Source: Octopus vulgaris
Lineage: Eukaryota
Length of the DNA stretch: 64,000 nt
Reading direction: 5' to 3'
NCBI GenBank assembly: GCA_951406725.2
Contig: OX597815.1
Coordinates: forward strand, 89,032,001 to 89,096,000
A program made the translations under genes and the position numbers. Positions 41,961 to 55,041 of this stretch are shown one piece after another; the first letter of the stretch is position 1; each line of letters begins with the position of its first letter. The notes beneath the pieces are model-generated. The model did not search any database, had not been told where the DNA came from, and was given only the letters and a program-made list of their open reading frames with translations.

Positions 41961-43536
41961 CTGCAGGCTCTGCAGTGATAACCATGACTTTGAGACTCAG
42001 TCCTGACTCATGGCTCCCCACTTCCTTCTACGTGGATATGTCCTCACCACTGACCACATTGCTCTTGTCAGAACACGATCCGTGGACCATGCCTCTGCTC
42101 ATCCCCCCGCATCCACCCAGACATTACCCATTTCCCGTTTTCCCCTCACCTACAATCCCTCCACCATGCCCCTCCAACGCACAATTCTCCGAGCAATCCA
42201 GCGACTCCAGTCCCACCACTCCGCCTCGCACATCTTCCCCAACCTACCCTTTCCCTCCTTCAAACGAGACCATAAGCTGCATGACCTCTTGGTCCCCAGT
42301 TTCTTCCCTAACCCCACATCTCAGCCTGTCTCGTTCCCCTGCTCCCGTTTACACTGTCGCACCTGTCCATATTTCTCGAATACCACCATCCTCACAGGCA
42401 CCCATCATCGTCCCTATTACATCACCGACTACTTTACCTGCACTTCTGGTAATGTTATTTACTGCATCTCCTTCTCTCTCGGCCCTTCCCTATACATCGG
42501 CAATGATACACCGGTCAGACTCGACAAGGACACCCCGGTCTCGCGTTATTTCCGCTCTACCGGTCATTCGCTACAACATCTGTCTGTGTTCGGACTGTCT
42601 TTGCGCAGAAGCCATCCGGACTCCCTCCATCGCTCTGAACAGGAATTAATCTCTCTTCGCTCCTTTATGCCATATGGACTCAGCTCCCCTCCTCTCTTCA
42701 ACTGACACCTACCTCACCTCCTCTCTTCATTGATACCACCGAACATCACTCCATACACACACACTAGCACTGACTACTTCCCAGCACCCACAACACACAC
42801 TGTCATTCACACATTCAACGCACAATCTTAAATAGCGTCACTACACATACACTATATGAGTAGTCACACACACTGTTTAACTCAGTACACACACCACACA
42901 CCATCCTGCATACACTCACAAGCACATAATACCTGAACACAGACAATTCATACTTCCACACCCACACGATCATATCATACCTGAACGTTGGCTATATACA
43001 CATACACACGCAACACGCATTAGCACACGCAACATACATAGATAAATTTCGTCCACATATACACACCATACACATGCACTCTGTTTGGTCACAGACACAC
43101 ACATACACATACGCACACATACACACATGTGCACACACCACCTGAAAAAGCACACCTCAACTGCTACGCACAACACACACACGTTGCAGACGCTCACACT
43201 CACACAGGTCAGAGTCTCTAGCCCCTATACACACACACACACACACTTACACATTCACACTTACATACTCACGCACGCGCACCTTCTTTTGGGATCACCA
43301 GCACTTTATTACCTCCCTTTCTTTCAAACTTGTTTTTTCTAATCATCCGCCATCCTGGACCGCTGAAATTTCCAAGTTCGTTTTATTCTCTTTCTGTTTA
43401 TTTTCTCTTATTTCTTTCTGCTGAAGAGCATAAGATCGAAACGTAAAAGACTTTTTCATTTTCCCGAGCGTCAAACTAATTCAGTGGGTAGTTGTTCATA
43501 CACCTATCTTCTTTTGTTTGTCTATAAATTTCAACA
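41961..43536 (+). mobile_element. Penelope-like element 3' part: Cys-rich linker, GIY-YIG endonuclease, CA-rich 3' UTR
   Basis: ORF 42010-42705: FPLTYNP, CSRLHCRTC, FTCTSGNVIYCI...LYIG; 3' end shared with 53405-53570. Confidence 0.88.
43413..43450 (+). ncRNA. Minimal PLE-type hammerhead (variant core)
   Basis: TCTTT CTGCTGA A GAGC ataa GATC GAAAC GTA AAAGA; ACGT palindromic stem III. Confidence 0.6.
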
Positions 43537-44459
43537 CGCACGCACACAAACACGCACATACACATACCCATCCGCATGCATTTTGATGCTTTCTACTGGT
43601 GCGAATACATTTTTTTATGTTTCTACATTTCCGAATTCCCAAAACAAGCTTCCCTAGCAAAATTCAATAATTCTACCTAAACTGATTTGTTGTATTCAAA
43701 AGTGGATAGGACAGCTTTCATTTCTCCTTATCTCACAAACATTCCTTAAACGATGATGAAATTGTCTTGAAAGTATTCATTTCGGCCTCAAAGAAAATAA
43801 TCCTATAGCAGTGAACAAATTCTTTAAAATATTTCTGAATAAATCAAGTCTAAAACCTGTAAAATATTGATCTAAATCTAGAATAATCTTGTTAATTTTT
43901 CTCGTTCTTGTCTAAATCCCTTTAAGCCATGAATTTCAAACAATGTTGTGAAAGATATGATATCGTGGTAATTCTTAAAACAAGTCATAACGTTGGTGAC
44001 ACTTCAACGGACATTCGTGAAGGAAATTCATCGAAACAATAAACAATTATACCACTGTAAATGTTAACCAGGCACTGGGCAAGTTACTTTAGGTAAACGG
44101 CAGTTGAAGAACAAAATATATCATTTGACTGAAAGGTGAGAGATTGGAGAAAATAATGGTTGTCCATTGGTCAATTCCTAGTAGTAGCTGCTTTCGACAT
44201 GAGTCTGAAAAGTTCCCAAATATTGGTTGAGCAATAGAATACGCTACACTAATTAGAATGCCTTGTGTGGAGTATGCTTGTGGTCACATGTATGGGTAAA
44301 TTACAATAGCTGGTAATTGTAAGCATATATGCTTTGTTGTATACAGAGGAAGCTGATACAATAATAGAAAATATTTAAATATTTACGTTTTGAGCAGTGA
44401 ATAGCAAACACACACAGACGAATACATATCACCCTCCTCCACCTCCTTCTCCATCCCCT

Positions 44460-44900
44460 CATCATCATCATCGTTAAACGTCCATTTTCCACGCTTGCAT
44501 GGATTGGACGGTTTGATTGAGGTCTGGAGAACCAGCGACTGCACTAGGCTCCAATCTGATCTGGCAGTGTCTCTACAGCTGGGTGCCCTTCCCAGCGTCA
44601 ACCACTCCGAGAGTGTAGTGGGTGCTTTTTACGTGCCACCGGCAAATGAGCCAATCAGGCGGGTCGGGCATCGATCATGGTCGGACAGTGCTTTTTACGT
44701 GCCACCGGCACGGGGACCAGTCGGGCTATTGGCTTTGGCCACATTCGGGTGGTGTTTTTTACGTCTTACCGGCACGAGTAGGGAGGGAAGTCAATCGGTC
44801 CTGGCATCGATCACGTTCGGATAGTGTTTTTTATGTGCCACCGGCACGTGAGCCAATCAAGCGGAACTTGGAATCGACCACGTTCGGATGGTTACTTTTC
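44460..44900 (-). mobile_element. SINE-like element with (GAT)n tail and four internal ~65-70 bp repeats
   Basis: GTGCTTTTTACGTGCCACCGGCAC-like core at ~44622, 44688, 44752 and 44823. Confidence 0.7.
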
Positions 44901-44988
44901 TGGGTCTACTTCTTCCACAGGTCCCTTCTACTGTTAGGGAGTGGCACTTCCTCACTCAGTTCTCCTCATCAATCCATATATGTATGTT

Positions 44989-45069
<81 letters not shown>

Positions 45070-45442
45070 CTGTGTGTGTGTATATATATATATATATATA
45101 AATGTATATATACATACGCATGTGTATATCTCTGTTTTTCTCATTCTCACTCCCTTTCTACATAAATATACGACTTTCGTTGGCTTCTAACGTCGAGTTC
45201 AGTTATCCGATCGGAGAGATGCAGGATGTCCAAGATGACTACCGAAAACTAGGCTGCTATTGGTTAAGGCGGGTCACACGGTGTTGTTAGAAGTGAGATC
45301 GACATTCCAGCAACAGAAGATGCATTAAAAAAAAAGAAAAATTTCTTGGATCACGTAGTTAGACAAGAAGCTAATGTGACTTCCTGTCTGGCCGGTCTTT
45401 GCAGCGCCTTGCGAGCCGTCAAATATGTGACCGGGGACGTGT

Positions 45443-45522
<80 letters not shown>

Positions 45523-46016
45523 ATCAGATTTACTAATACATAGATCTGGATATCAGATGCATATGCAGGTCTATCAGCTATGGACTTGTGTGGTGGGGAG
45601 CTCGTATATGAGTACGTTGTCATATATATCTATATACATGGGTTCCCTAGCACACTCATACACATCCATCAATGTACATATGCTTTTCCTTTCTTTTTTT
45701 CTCCCCTTAAGACCACCAAACCTCAATCCAATGTTAAATCCATCCCTAGAACCGCTGTTGCAATCAGACTAGCATTCCCTATCACCGCTGTTATAACCAT
45801 GCTAGTACACATCTGTCTTCCTCACACACGTAAATATAAAAAGCATGCGCATATATATACATACATGTGCACAGATCTGATAAAAACACGAGTACACAAG
45901 CATACATGTTCTTCCGGAAAACACAGACACACATATGTACACATATAACTATAGGAAGGTACATATGTTCATCAATCATCCATACACACATGTACCCTAA
46001 ACACGTTCGTGCACAA

Positions 46017-46574
46017 TACCCTGATGCAATACCAGACAGTGGCTCTCATGACTTCAGATCTGAACTGATTGAAAATGTTATCATAAATATGTTGTCTTGG
46101 TGAAAAATAGGCTGCAACAAATATTCTAGATTCGCTTGTCACTTGCTTGAGCATAACCAGTTGAGTATGTTCCATAGTAACTCCCCATATGTACATCTCT
46201 GATCATGAACAGGAGTAGTGGGGGAGCATCATAGCTATGTGTTGAGAGAGATTGTTTGGGTTTGTAAATCAACCCTGGAAAAGTGTTTCATTTATCATGA
46301 AACGTGTTTCATTCAGCATCCTTAAAATCCTTTATTCAGGAGCATTTTGAGCGTGATGGTCTACTCGACCTGAAGAAAATTCTAACTGGGCTTCCCTTGC
46401 AAGGTCACGCGCTGTTTATCTTGATATGAGATCATCATGTCCAGTACATATGGTCGTTATGCATGTACTTGGTTTAGTTGTGTACACTTATCAGACGGGT
46501 TGCCATCATGGGTCTAGTGGGGTTCGTATATCTACCCCAGTGTCACTTAATGGCATGGTTGCTCTCCCGCTGAG
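46017..46574 (+). mobile_element. Diverged copy 2 of the 19787-20325 repeat
   Basis: Colinear similarity; short TAA tail. Confidence 0.8.
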
Positions 46575-46694
46575 TAATAATAATCATATAAATATATATA
46601 TATATATTTATGGTATATATATATATATATGTTTTTGTGCTAGTGTGTGTATGTGTGTGTGTATAAGTGTGTGTATGTGTTTGTGCGTGTATAA

Positions 46695-46733
46695 GACGAT
46701 GGTTTAGGCGGCCGAAACTTCGAAGCCACAGTC
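46695..46733 (+). ncRNA. 5'-truncated hammerhead remnant
   Basis: GACGA T GGTT taggc GGCC GAAAC TTCGAA GCC; palindromic stem III; C3-U4 and stem I missing. Confidence 0.4.
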
Positions 46734-46882
46734 AACAATACTCTTATTTAAGAGTAACTAAGTTGTGCTCATCAAATGTATAAAATAGCCCTTCATATTA
46801 ATGTAAAATTGTTTTTTATTATAAAAAAACTCACAACACTAATATACATATACATACATGCCTATATATATATACATACGTA

Positions 46883-46964
<82 letters not shown>

Positions 46965-46973
46965 ATCTATCTA

Positions 46974-47009
<36 letters not shown>

Positions 47010-47021
<12 letters not shown>

Positions 47022-47079
47022 TTAGAGACAAAACCACTATTTTGCAAAATAGTGGTTTTGTCTCTAATAATATTATATA
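47010..47079. repeat. Perfect 70-bp palindrome with no spacer
   Basis: TATATAATATTATTAGAGACAAAACCACTATTTTG|CAAAATAGTGGTTTTGTCTCTAATAATATTATATA. Confidence 0.95.
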
Positions 47080-47155
47080 ATATTTTACTATAAAATTGGA
47101 TTTAATCCTAAATCTGATTTTTTTCCCTGTAAATTTGGATTTATTCCCTAATATT

Positions 47156-47199
<44 letters not shown>

Positions 47200-48317
47200 A
47201 TGTGTGTATGTATATGAAATGCGAGTAGTAGTGTGTGTAAGAGAGGAATGGGTGAAACCTATTGAAAGAATTCAATTTTCTTATCTTTTCTTCCATCCCC
47301 ACTCTACCTTTATTTACGATCGTAATTAAAAACAAAGAAATATGGAAATGCATTATTTCGAAGTATCGGAAATTTGGTTAAGTTTTCTTAACGAAGAATA
47401 AGCTGCTCTGAAAGTGCTGACGTTGCCGTTTAGAAAGAAGAACGGAATTAAATCTATATGATAACGTATAGGAGATAATATTAAATTAAATTTTCCTTTA
47501 TCTTTTGTTTCTCGCATTACTTGCAATGAACGACAGCTGTCGGAATGAAGATATCCTACAGAGAAAGAGTGCCGTCTTATAGAAGTTACTGGCAATTAGA
47601 AATTAGGAAAATCTGACAGAAGATTCAGTTCTATAGAAAGTTGTACGACTAAATTAACTTTACCTACGAAAACTGTGAAGATCTCTCGAATAGCATTGAA
47701 GATAACAAAATAAACTTGATAATGTAGCTGTCATTCAAAACCAGTTCCTGCAACATTGATATCTGGTGTTCAGAAGCGGCGACGTTCTTCTTACAGAAAG
47801 CTAACTATGAAATATAATTTTGGACATAGTGTAAAGTTCTTACCAATTGAGAATTTTCTGAACTGAAATGAAATTTACACTTAATAGTAATATCTATTCA
47901 ATTGGGCAATAATTGCTGATATGCAACAGACAAGAGAAACACAAGTATGCGTTAAGTCATCGGAATCTGTACGAAGTTTATAATTCGGCACATTACAAGA
48001 GATTATAGTCAGAAGCAAATTTATTCAAATGAGAACAGTGGATGTCGGCTTAATGGCATGTCTAACTACTAGACAACGTGCCAACGGTTTGTATCGCATC
48101 AGTGGTGTTGCACTATGTAGATTATCGGAAAAATTTCCTGCTGTTGCCTTTGTCAATATGCCTATAAATAAGGTCACCAAATAGGTGCATTACACTAGTG
48201 AGAGTACGGAATGAATGGTTTGTTAACTTAAAGTGTTGAATTTATATACTGCTATCTATCATAATAGGTTGTGTATTCGTATATCCTTCGGAAAACATTG
48301 GAGCCAAATTTATTGAT

Positions 48318-48370
48318 TATACTTCCACTTACAAAAGTTAGATAATATATACTTCCACTTACAAAAGTTA
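48318..48370. repeat. 23-bp direct repeat
   Basis: TATACTTCCACTTACAAAAGTTA occurs twice, 7 bp apart. Confidence 0.9.
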
Positions 48371-48964
48371 TATATATATATATATATATATACTCATGCA
48401 CACGTACATGTACACACAAACACACTCACACCTTTTGATGTATATTTTATCAACAGTTTCATTAGATGCTATGCCACCTCAGTGCTAATGTTGTTATTCT
48501 AGGAAAGAATGTATATGTCTTTGTTTGTTTTTGACTCCTCATTTTACCGTAACAAATAAACGGAAAGAAATATTCTGCCTCTTTAAGGAAGAAATTCTCA
48601 CAGATAAAGAATTCAGAAAAATATTGATATCGTGAAAAAAAAACGACCCAGTTTCTTTTTAAAGGTTGGTTCTTTCTACAATTCCGCGTTCACTTCCCAG
48701 TGAGATATCGTATCACGATATTAATGCACTTTAAAGATGTATGAATAACTAGTACCATAACTCTCCTTCTGCTATCTCCGAAGGTGAGAATGAAAGGTAC
48801 GAATCTATAACGAATCTATACATTTTACATTACCTCTGTATTTAGGCATATGAGTCTATCTGATTCTCTATTTCATTAATTAATTAAACATTCTTTCTCG
48901 TTCGTTATCTGTATGTAGATTAGTGTGTATGTTTGTATGCATGCATTTAAGCATGTACATACTT

Positions 48965-49058
<94 letters not shown>

Positions 49059-49390
49059 GTGTGTATGCATATATATGTATGTGTATAAATACCTGCATAT
49101 GTGCATATATATATGTATGTACGTGTGTGTGAGCGCGTGTGTGTATACGCATTCCTATAGATGACTAACAATTTTAATATTTTCAGCTATAGGCCTGTTG
49201 TTCAGAGACAGCAGCAACAACTAAATGGTAAACTAAACTATTCTAAGCAGCAACTCACTGCTTTGTATGTACTTGACTGTATTAACGTCTGACTGTAAAA
49301 CTTGTCAAAACCACATCTCACAAGTTAATGACCGGAATCCGAAACTTGAAGCTCCCTATTTATAACCCAATGCTAACACTATCAGCTTTA

Positions 49391-49436
49391 TACATTATTT
49401 AACAAAGTCGAAACTTCGACTTTGTTAAATAATGTA
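49391..49436. repeat. Perfect inverted repeat: 22-bp arms, 2-nt spacer
   Basis: TACATTATTTAACAAAGTCGAA-AC-TTCGACTTTGTTAAATAATGTA. Confidence 0.95.
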
Positions 49437-49890
49437 AATCTCCATATATCATCAAAATTTAAAATATATTTTATATTCTAAGCAGTGTGTGTCTCAAATG
49501 TCATTATTAAAAACGCAACACGAATTAATTTTCAGTTTTTATTGCAGATTTTATTACAGAATTTCGAAAGATTAATGTCACACGGATTATTAAACATAAC
49601 AAATACCAGCATTTCTATTTCTTAATTTACCGCCATCAAGTCTTTATATTAAAATATTGGTTATCTCATAATATAACAGACGGAATGTGTACCTAGTCGA
49701 AAGTGATTTCATAAAGAAATGCTTCTTTGTATAAAATTCTAACCAATATCCGGGAGTTTGATTGCTACTTCTTTTTTTTTTATTATAAATAAATATATAG
49801 TATGATATGTTTACGAATGACTGCTTACAGACATACACAAACACATGTGCAAACGAATGCGAAACACAGGCATACTATATACACAACGAT

Positions 49891-49932
<42 letters not shown>

Positions 49933-50226
49933 GCACATATATACTAGCACACAAGCACATACATACACATACACACACACACACGCATATACACATGCGT
50001 ACACATGCAAACATAGACACACACGAAAATTTAACCATATGTATTTATAAACATTAAAATGTATATACATATATATGTATATATGCTTCTGTATGCGCAT
50101 ATATATACATATATATTTATGTGTGTGTATGTGTTTGTGTATGTGTGTTTTTGCCTGTGTGTGCGTGCGTGCGTATGTGTGTGTACACACAGACATGGAC
50201 ATAGTACATATACATATACACATACA

Positions 50227-50350
<124 letters not shown>

Positions 50351-50729
50351 AAAATATTTATACATAAACACATGTGTGTGCAATAGGCGTATAGGTGATT
50401 TTCTACAATTTCTTGTGCAATTTGAATATGCTTCAATTAAAATTTTCTATAGCTTACGGAGAAATGAAGTTTTCAAAAATTTTATTCGTACAATAACTTT
50501 GACGAAATCTCCTGCGCGCCCATTTTCCTACTTTTTAAACGTTGCATTGAAGTAAAGTTCTCTCTCCCCCCTCACTCTCTGTTTGTCTGTCTCTCTCTCA
50601 CGATAAACACTCATAAATACATCCTTGCATGCATGTATACATTCATATATGCATATAAAACAGAGTAAAAGCTTAGCATCGTTGAGAAGGAAGTTTTATT
50701 ATTTACATAACTTTTCATCCCTAAATTTT

Positions 50730-50875
50730 TCAGGTGTGGGTGTGTGGTAAGAATCTTGCTTTTCAACCACTTGGTAACGAGTTCAGTTACACTGCGTGGC
50801 ACCTTCAGCAACTGTCGTCTACTATAGCCTGGAGCTGATCGAAGTAGACGGAAACTGGAAGAAGTCCGTCGTATA
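50730..50875 (+). mobile_element. Internally deleted tRNA-derived SINE (second family)
   Basis: GTGTGGTAAGAA (A-box-like), GAGTTCAGTT (B-box-like), GTAGACGGAAACTGGAAGAAGTCCGTCG. Confidence 0.7.
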
Positions 50876-50985
50876 TATATATATATAAAGAAAAGAATCT
50901 GAAAATGCAGGAATCTTTTTAAAGTATCGATTAACTTAACCGGTTTCACTTATTTAAAAATATTTTCAAAACTAGAGTGTGAGCT

Positions 50986-51390
50986 TTTGTGTATCCTCTG
51001 TGGTGTCAAAAATTAGTTTACAAAAATGTATTCAAATCAAATAATAGACTCTTGACAACCATAAGAAAAGGTTTAAAATTTTGTATATCCTCTGTGGTGA
51101 GTCAAAGAGTAGCTTACATAAAAAATATTCACATCAGGTAATACATTTTTTTATAATGATAAGAAGAAAAAAATCAGTTCACGTGAAGATATCTCGATCA
51201 AGTAATATAGTCTTTGGCAAGAAGATAAAATATGTATATCCTTTGTTATGAGTCAAGAAATAGTTTACATAAAAATATTCAGCTCATGTAATAATTTTTT
51301 TTTATAATAATAAGATGAAGATTAGTTTAGATGGATATAACGTGATCTAGTAATACAGTTTTTGACAAGATGATAAAATGATAAAATATG
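50986..51390. repeat. Degenerate minisatellite (units ~93, ~152, ~155 bp)
   Basis: TGT.TATCCT.TGT..TGAGTCAA recurs at ~50988, 51082 and 51233. Confidence 0.75.
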
Positions 51391-52014
51391 TAACAGACCT
51401 GCCAAACTTCAGCCAAATGCAAGACCCTTAGAAGCCAGATCCCAGAACTTTAAATGATGGAAACATGTCAATTCCAGAAATCCTTAGTGATAACCTCAAT
51501 TTCCACCTTATATAGAGCATGTATTTCATAGTGGTCCTTCAAATTGCACTTAAGTTGAGAATTGTTTTAATCAATGCTTTTTTCCTTTTTTTACAAAGAA
51601 ATTGATATCATTCATTTCAATAAAATGAATAATCAAATCAGCTCGAATTATTAATTTTCATGTAAAATATATGATCTATATTTATAGTTTGAGTGTAAGC
51701 GTGCTTACAAATGTGGGGTTATATCTAAATCTATGTGTATTTTTTGCTGCCCCTGCAGCAAAAAAATATTTCGCCAAGTAGACGATTTTCGCACTCTCGG
51801 TTTCTTTCTCTCTCTAAACTTATGTATACATGTGTGTTTTTCTTTCTTTACAGACATAAAAGAAAGGTAATACATTAACTAACTGAGATGTGCATGCCAC
51901 CCCCACCGCAAAGGCTATACATATAATACACCTATACACGTTCAATTTTCACAACACCAGCCGTTCTCCTTGCAGCTCCAACAATAAAGAGCAGTCACCA
52001 TATTTTATTCCATA

Positions 52015-52107
52015 GCAGCTACCTCTGATGAGTACAGGGCAACATAATCGTACTGTTACCTAACACTCCCTTTAACCTCTAGTGCGAAACTGATTGGTAA
52101 GATCTGC
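52015..52107 (+). ncRNA. Type I hammerhead with canonical core and long stem II
   Basis: GCAG(ct)ACCT CTGATGA GTAC...GTGC GAAAC TGATTG GTA AGAT CTGC. Confidence 0.65.
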
Positions 52108-52559
52108 CGTAATGGATATATGATTTATGCTGTACTATTCAATTAATATATATATTTGCTTATCTCTCCCTCTCTCTCTCTCTCGCTCTCTGTACAAATC
52201 TATGTATGTATGCATATGAGCACTGAAGTGACTTCTCTGCATTAGAAAAATTATGCGTGCCGCATATCAAAGAGTATTAAAGCTGAATGTGGTTTCTGAG
52301 AACCAACAAAGTGCCATTGTTTTGCAGTGACGGAGTATTATTTGAACTCAGATTGCATTGATACTGTAACTAATTCCGTGCAGTGTAATAGAAATATCAC
52401 CAATCTAGTACAAGGGACTGATATGTTTCTTATATCGATTGAGATAGTACGAAAAGCTGAGTTGACCCCAGCAGGATTTGAACTCAGGGCGCGGAGAACC
52501 GGAAAAAATACTATAAAATACTATAAAACATTCTATCCAACACTGTCAATTCGCTACTT

Positions 52560-53126
52560 ACGTTCTCCCCCTTTCTCCCTCTCTTTCTATCTACCCCCTC
52601 TCTCTCCATGCATATATTGTTCTCACGTGACCGCTAGCCGCTGTTGAGCGCTCTTTTCGTTTCAGCAGTCGCAGAAGCAACACGTACTTGTTCGTCTCCC
52701 CGCGGCCATTAGGCACAACTTCACAAGCCAGCCCCATACTTAACTCGTCCTGTCGAAAGACCCTTGTCCTACGTCCTGGTTTTGTTTTGTTGTTTATTTT
52801 TTATTTTTACCGTTATTGTTTTTACGTTTTTGTATTCTTATTGGTGTCACGTATTCTGTATTTTTGTTCGTGTACTTCGTTCGTTTTCCGTCCTCGTGTT
52901 GTATACATTCGAAGCTTTCTTCCAGGGGATCTAATGCGCTTGGCTTAGATTTCCCTTGGCTGGCTGGCCATATCGGAGCAATCTCAAGATTAATCAGCCG
53001 AAATTGCTAAGATGATCTGGTTCTTGACTGATGACTGAGGGCTTCGAATGTCCCGTCCTGTGGTTCTTGTGTCGTCTCTGTGGTGTTTCATGTTCTTGTC
53101 CATGTCTAATTATTTTTACTGTTTAC

Positions 53127-53128
<2 letters not shown>
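52560..53128. mobile_element. Unclassified interspersed repeat (possibly LTR-like), ends in (TA)n
   Basis: GC-richer, CpG-containing non-coding block with sharp borders; no diagnostic motif seen. Confidence 0.35.
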
Positions 53129-53161
<33 letters not shown>

Positions 53162-53204
53162 AATAAATAAATATATACATATATATATATGTGTGTGTGT
53201 GTAC

Positions 53205-53570
53205 ATGACACTAACTGTTTCTTTCTCCTTCCCGTCTGGCCCCTCTAAATTTCTCTTCACTCTTGATATCAAGAATTTATATACGGTGATCCTACACAAC
53301 GAAGGGCTTATTGCGCTGAAACACTTTCTGGAGCTTCGACCTCCCCCCCCTCAACCCGACAGCCTCACACTTCTTCGTCTGACCAAAGTTGTTCTCCCCC
53401 ATTAGCCATGCTGAACCACTGAAATCTGCAAGTTTTTTTCATTCTCTTTCTGTATATTTTCTGTTATTTCCTTTCTTTTGAAGAGCGTAGGCTCAAAACG
53501 TAAAACACATTTTAATTTTCCAGAGCGTCAAGCTAATACACTTGCTTGTTGCTATTGCACCTGTCTATAG
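53205..53570 (+). mobile_element. Internally deleted Penelope-like element (RT fragment fused to 3' end)
   Basis: FLFTLDIKNLYTVILHNEGLIALKHFL...TLLRL; 3' end matches 43345-43510, including a broken hammerhead at ~53470-53507 (GAAAC>AAAAC). Confidence 0.8.
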
Positions 53571-54419
53571 TCACTTAAATGACTTCTTTGTATCAGGAAC
53601 ATTATGCGTGTTGTATATCAAAGTATATTAAAGCCAAATGTGGATTCTGAGAAACAATATTGTTGTGTACAGCACAGTTTATTATCTACAATAACTAATA
53701 ATGATAAGATATTTAATCTTTCAAATAAAGGTGGCGCATTCTATCCGTTGTAGATTGATCTTTGAATTGCTTTTTCAAAGTTATCAAAGTGTCTCCATAC
53801 AAAAGACATAAAATTTATTTGTCTATGTGAGTTTTTGAGGCGCAAGTCAAACAGCTTAAAAGCAAACACCGGATAAATGTGCTGCAGAGAAATATCGAAG
53901 TAATTATTTTGCTAGGAATCAAAAAGCCGATGTTCGTAGGTTAAGTTCGTTTCTAGAACGTTTATATTGTCAAAAGAAATATACAAAAATGATTAAAAAT
54001 ATATATAATATTCATCTTGTGAAGAATGGAATGTTTGATAAGAACGAATTATTAACTACATAAATAGTATGATGGAGTTGTTTCTATTAAAGCCTGACAT
54101 TTATTATCTAAACTGGGTTTGATCTTATGAAAATACTATCTGACTTCTTAAAGATGGATACCGATCTCAGTTTATACAAAGCGTGATTCATTTATTACAA
54201 GCTTTATAATGTTCTTTGATTCTTTTGTTAGTTTCTGTTCTATAGGACATCGACCCTGACTTGTCACCGCCTTCAGCTTCTTTTAGTTGAATGTATAGAT
54301 TCCAGTACTTTGCTAATTGTTTTATGTCAAGGCGTAAAAGCTCTTACCATAACGTAAAACACTACGTATAGCAATTTTTGAGCAACTAATTGTACACCAA
54401 TACAGACACACTCACTCAC

Positions 54420-54494
<75 letters not shown>

Positions 54495-54630
54495 TGCACA
54501 CACTATAAGATTTAGCTCTTTTTCCGCCTACCATATCTCTTTCAAAGGGCAATCATCATTTGAGGTTACACTGAACTTACACTTGACCAACAAGCTAAGC
54601 TCTGAAATCTTGTTCTAGAATTAAGTATTT

Positions 54631-55041
54631 CTAGGGAGATCCTTTTAGCCATACCAACATTATCTCTGGCCATGATACTATTAAATATTGGAGGAGGAGG
54701 AGACCACCTTCAGTCATGAATGACCATGGGATTGCACCCAGAAAGCTACCCTCCGAGACACAAGTCCTCGGAGGGTAACTTTGTTTGTGGAAAGCCAGCA
54801 GTCGCCCATGCATAACAGCCTCCCCTCTCTACACCACTGATGTTATCCAAGGGAAAGGCAAAGGGCGATACAGCTTGGCACCAGTGATGTCGCAACTCAT
54901 TTCTACAGCTGAATTAACTGGAGCAACGTGAAATAAAGTGTTTTGCTCAAGAACACAACACGCAGCCCGGTCTGGGAATCAGACTAATCCCCTCACGATC
55001 GTAAGCTCGAAGCTTTAACCACTGAGCCATGCACCTTCCCA
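54631..55041 (-). mobile_element. tRNA-derived SINE with V-domain-like core (third family)
   Basis: Reverse strand: TGGCTCAGTGGTTAAAGC...GATTCCC, then GTGTTCTTGAGCAAAACACTTTA. Confidence 0.8.

Noticed and set aside
41975-42649. 224-aa Pro/Ser-rich ORF
   Set aside because: Alternative frame over the C-rich Penelope GIY-YIG region
44622-44900. CRISPR-like repeat-spacer look
   Set aside because: Spacers are related to each other, repeats are degenerate, context is a eukaryotic SINE, and there are no cas genes
50930-50960. Minus-strand GAAACCG motif, possible hammerhead 3' half
   Set aside because: No CUGANGA half and no valid cleavage triplet
53020-53060. CTGATGA...GAATGTC possible hammerhead
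   Set aside because: No GAAA and no convincing stem I or stem II
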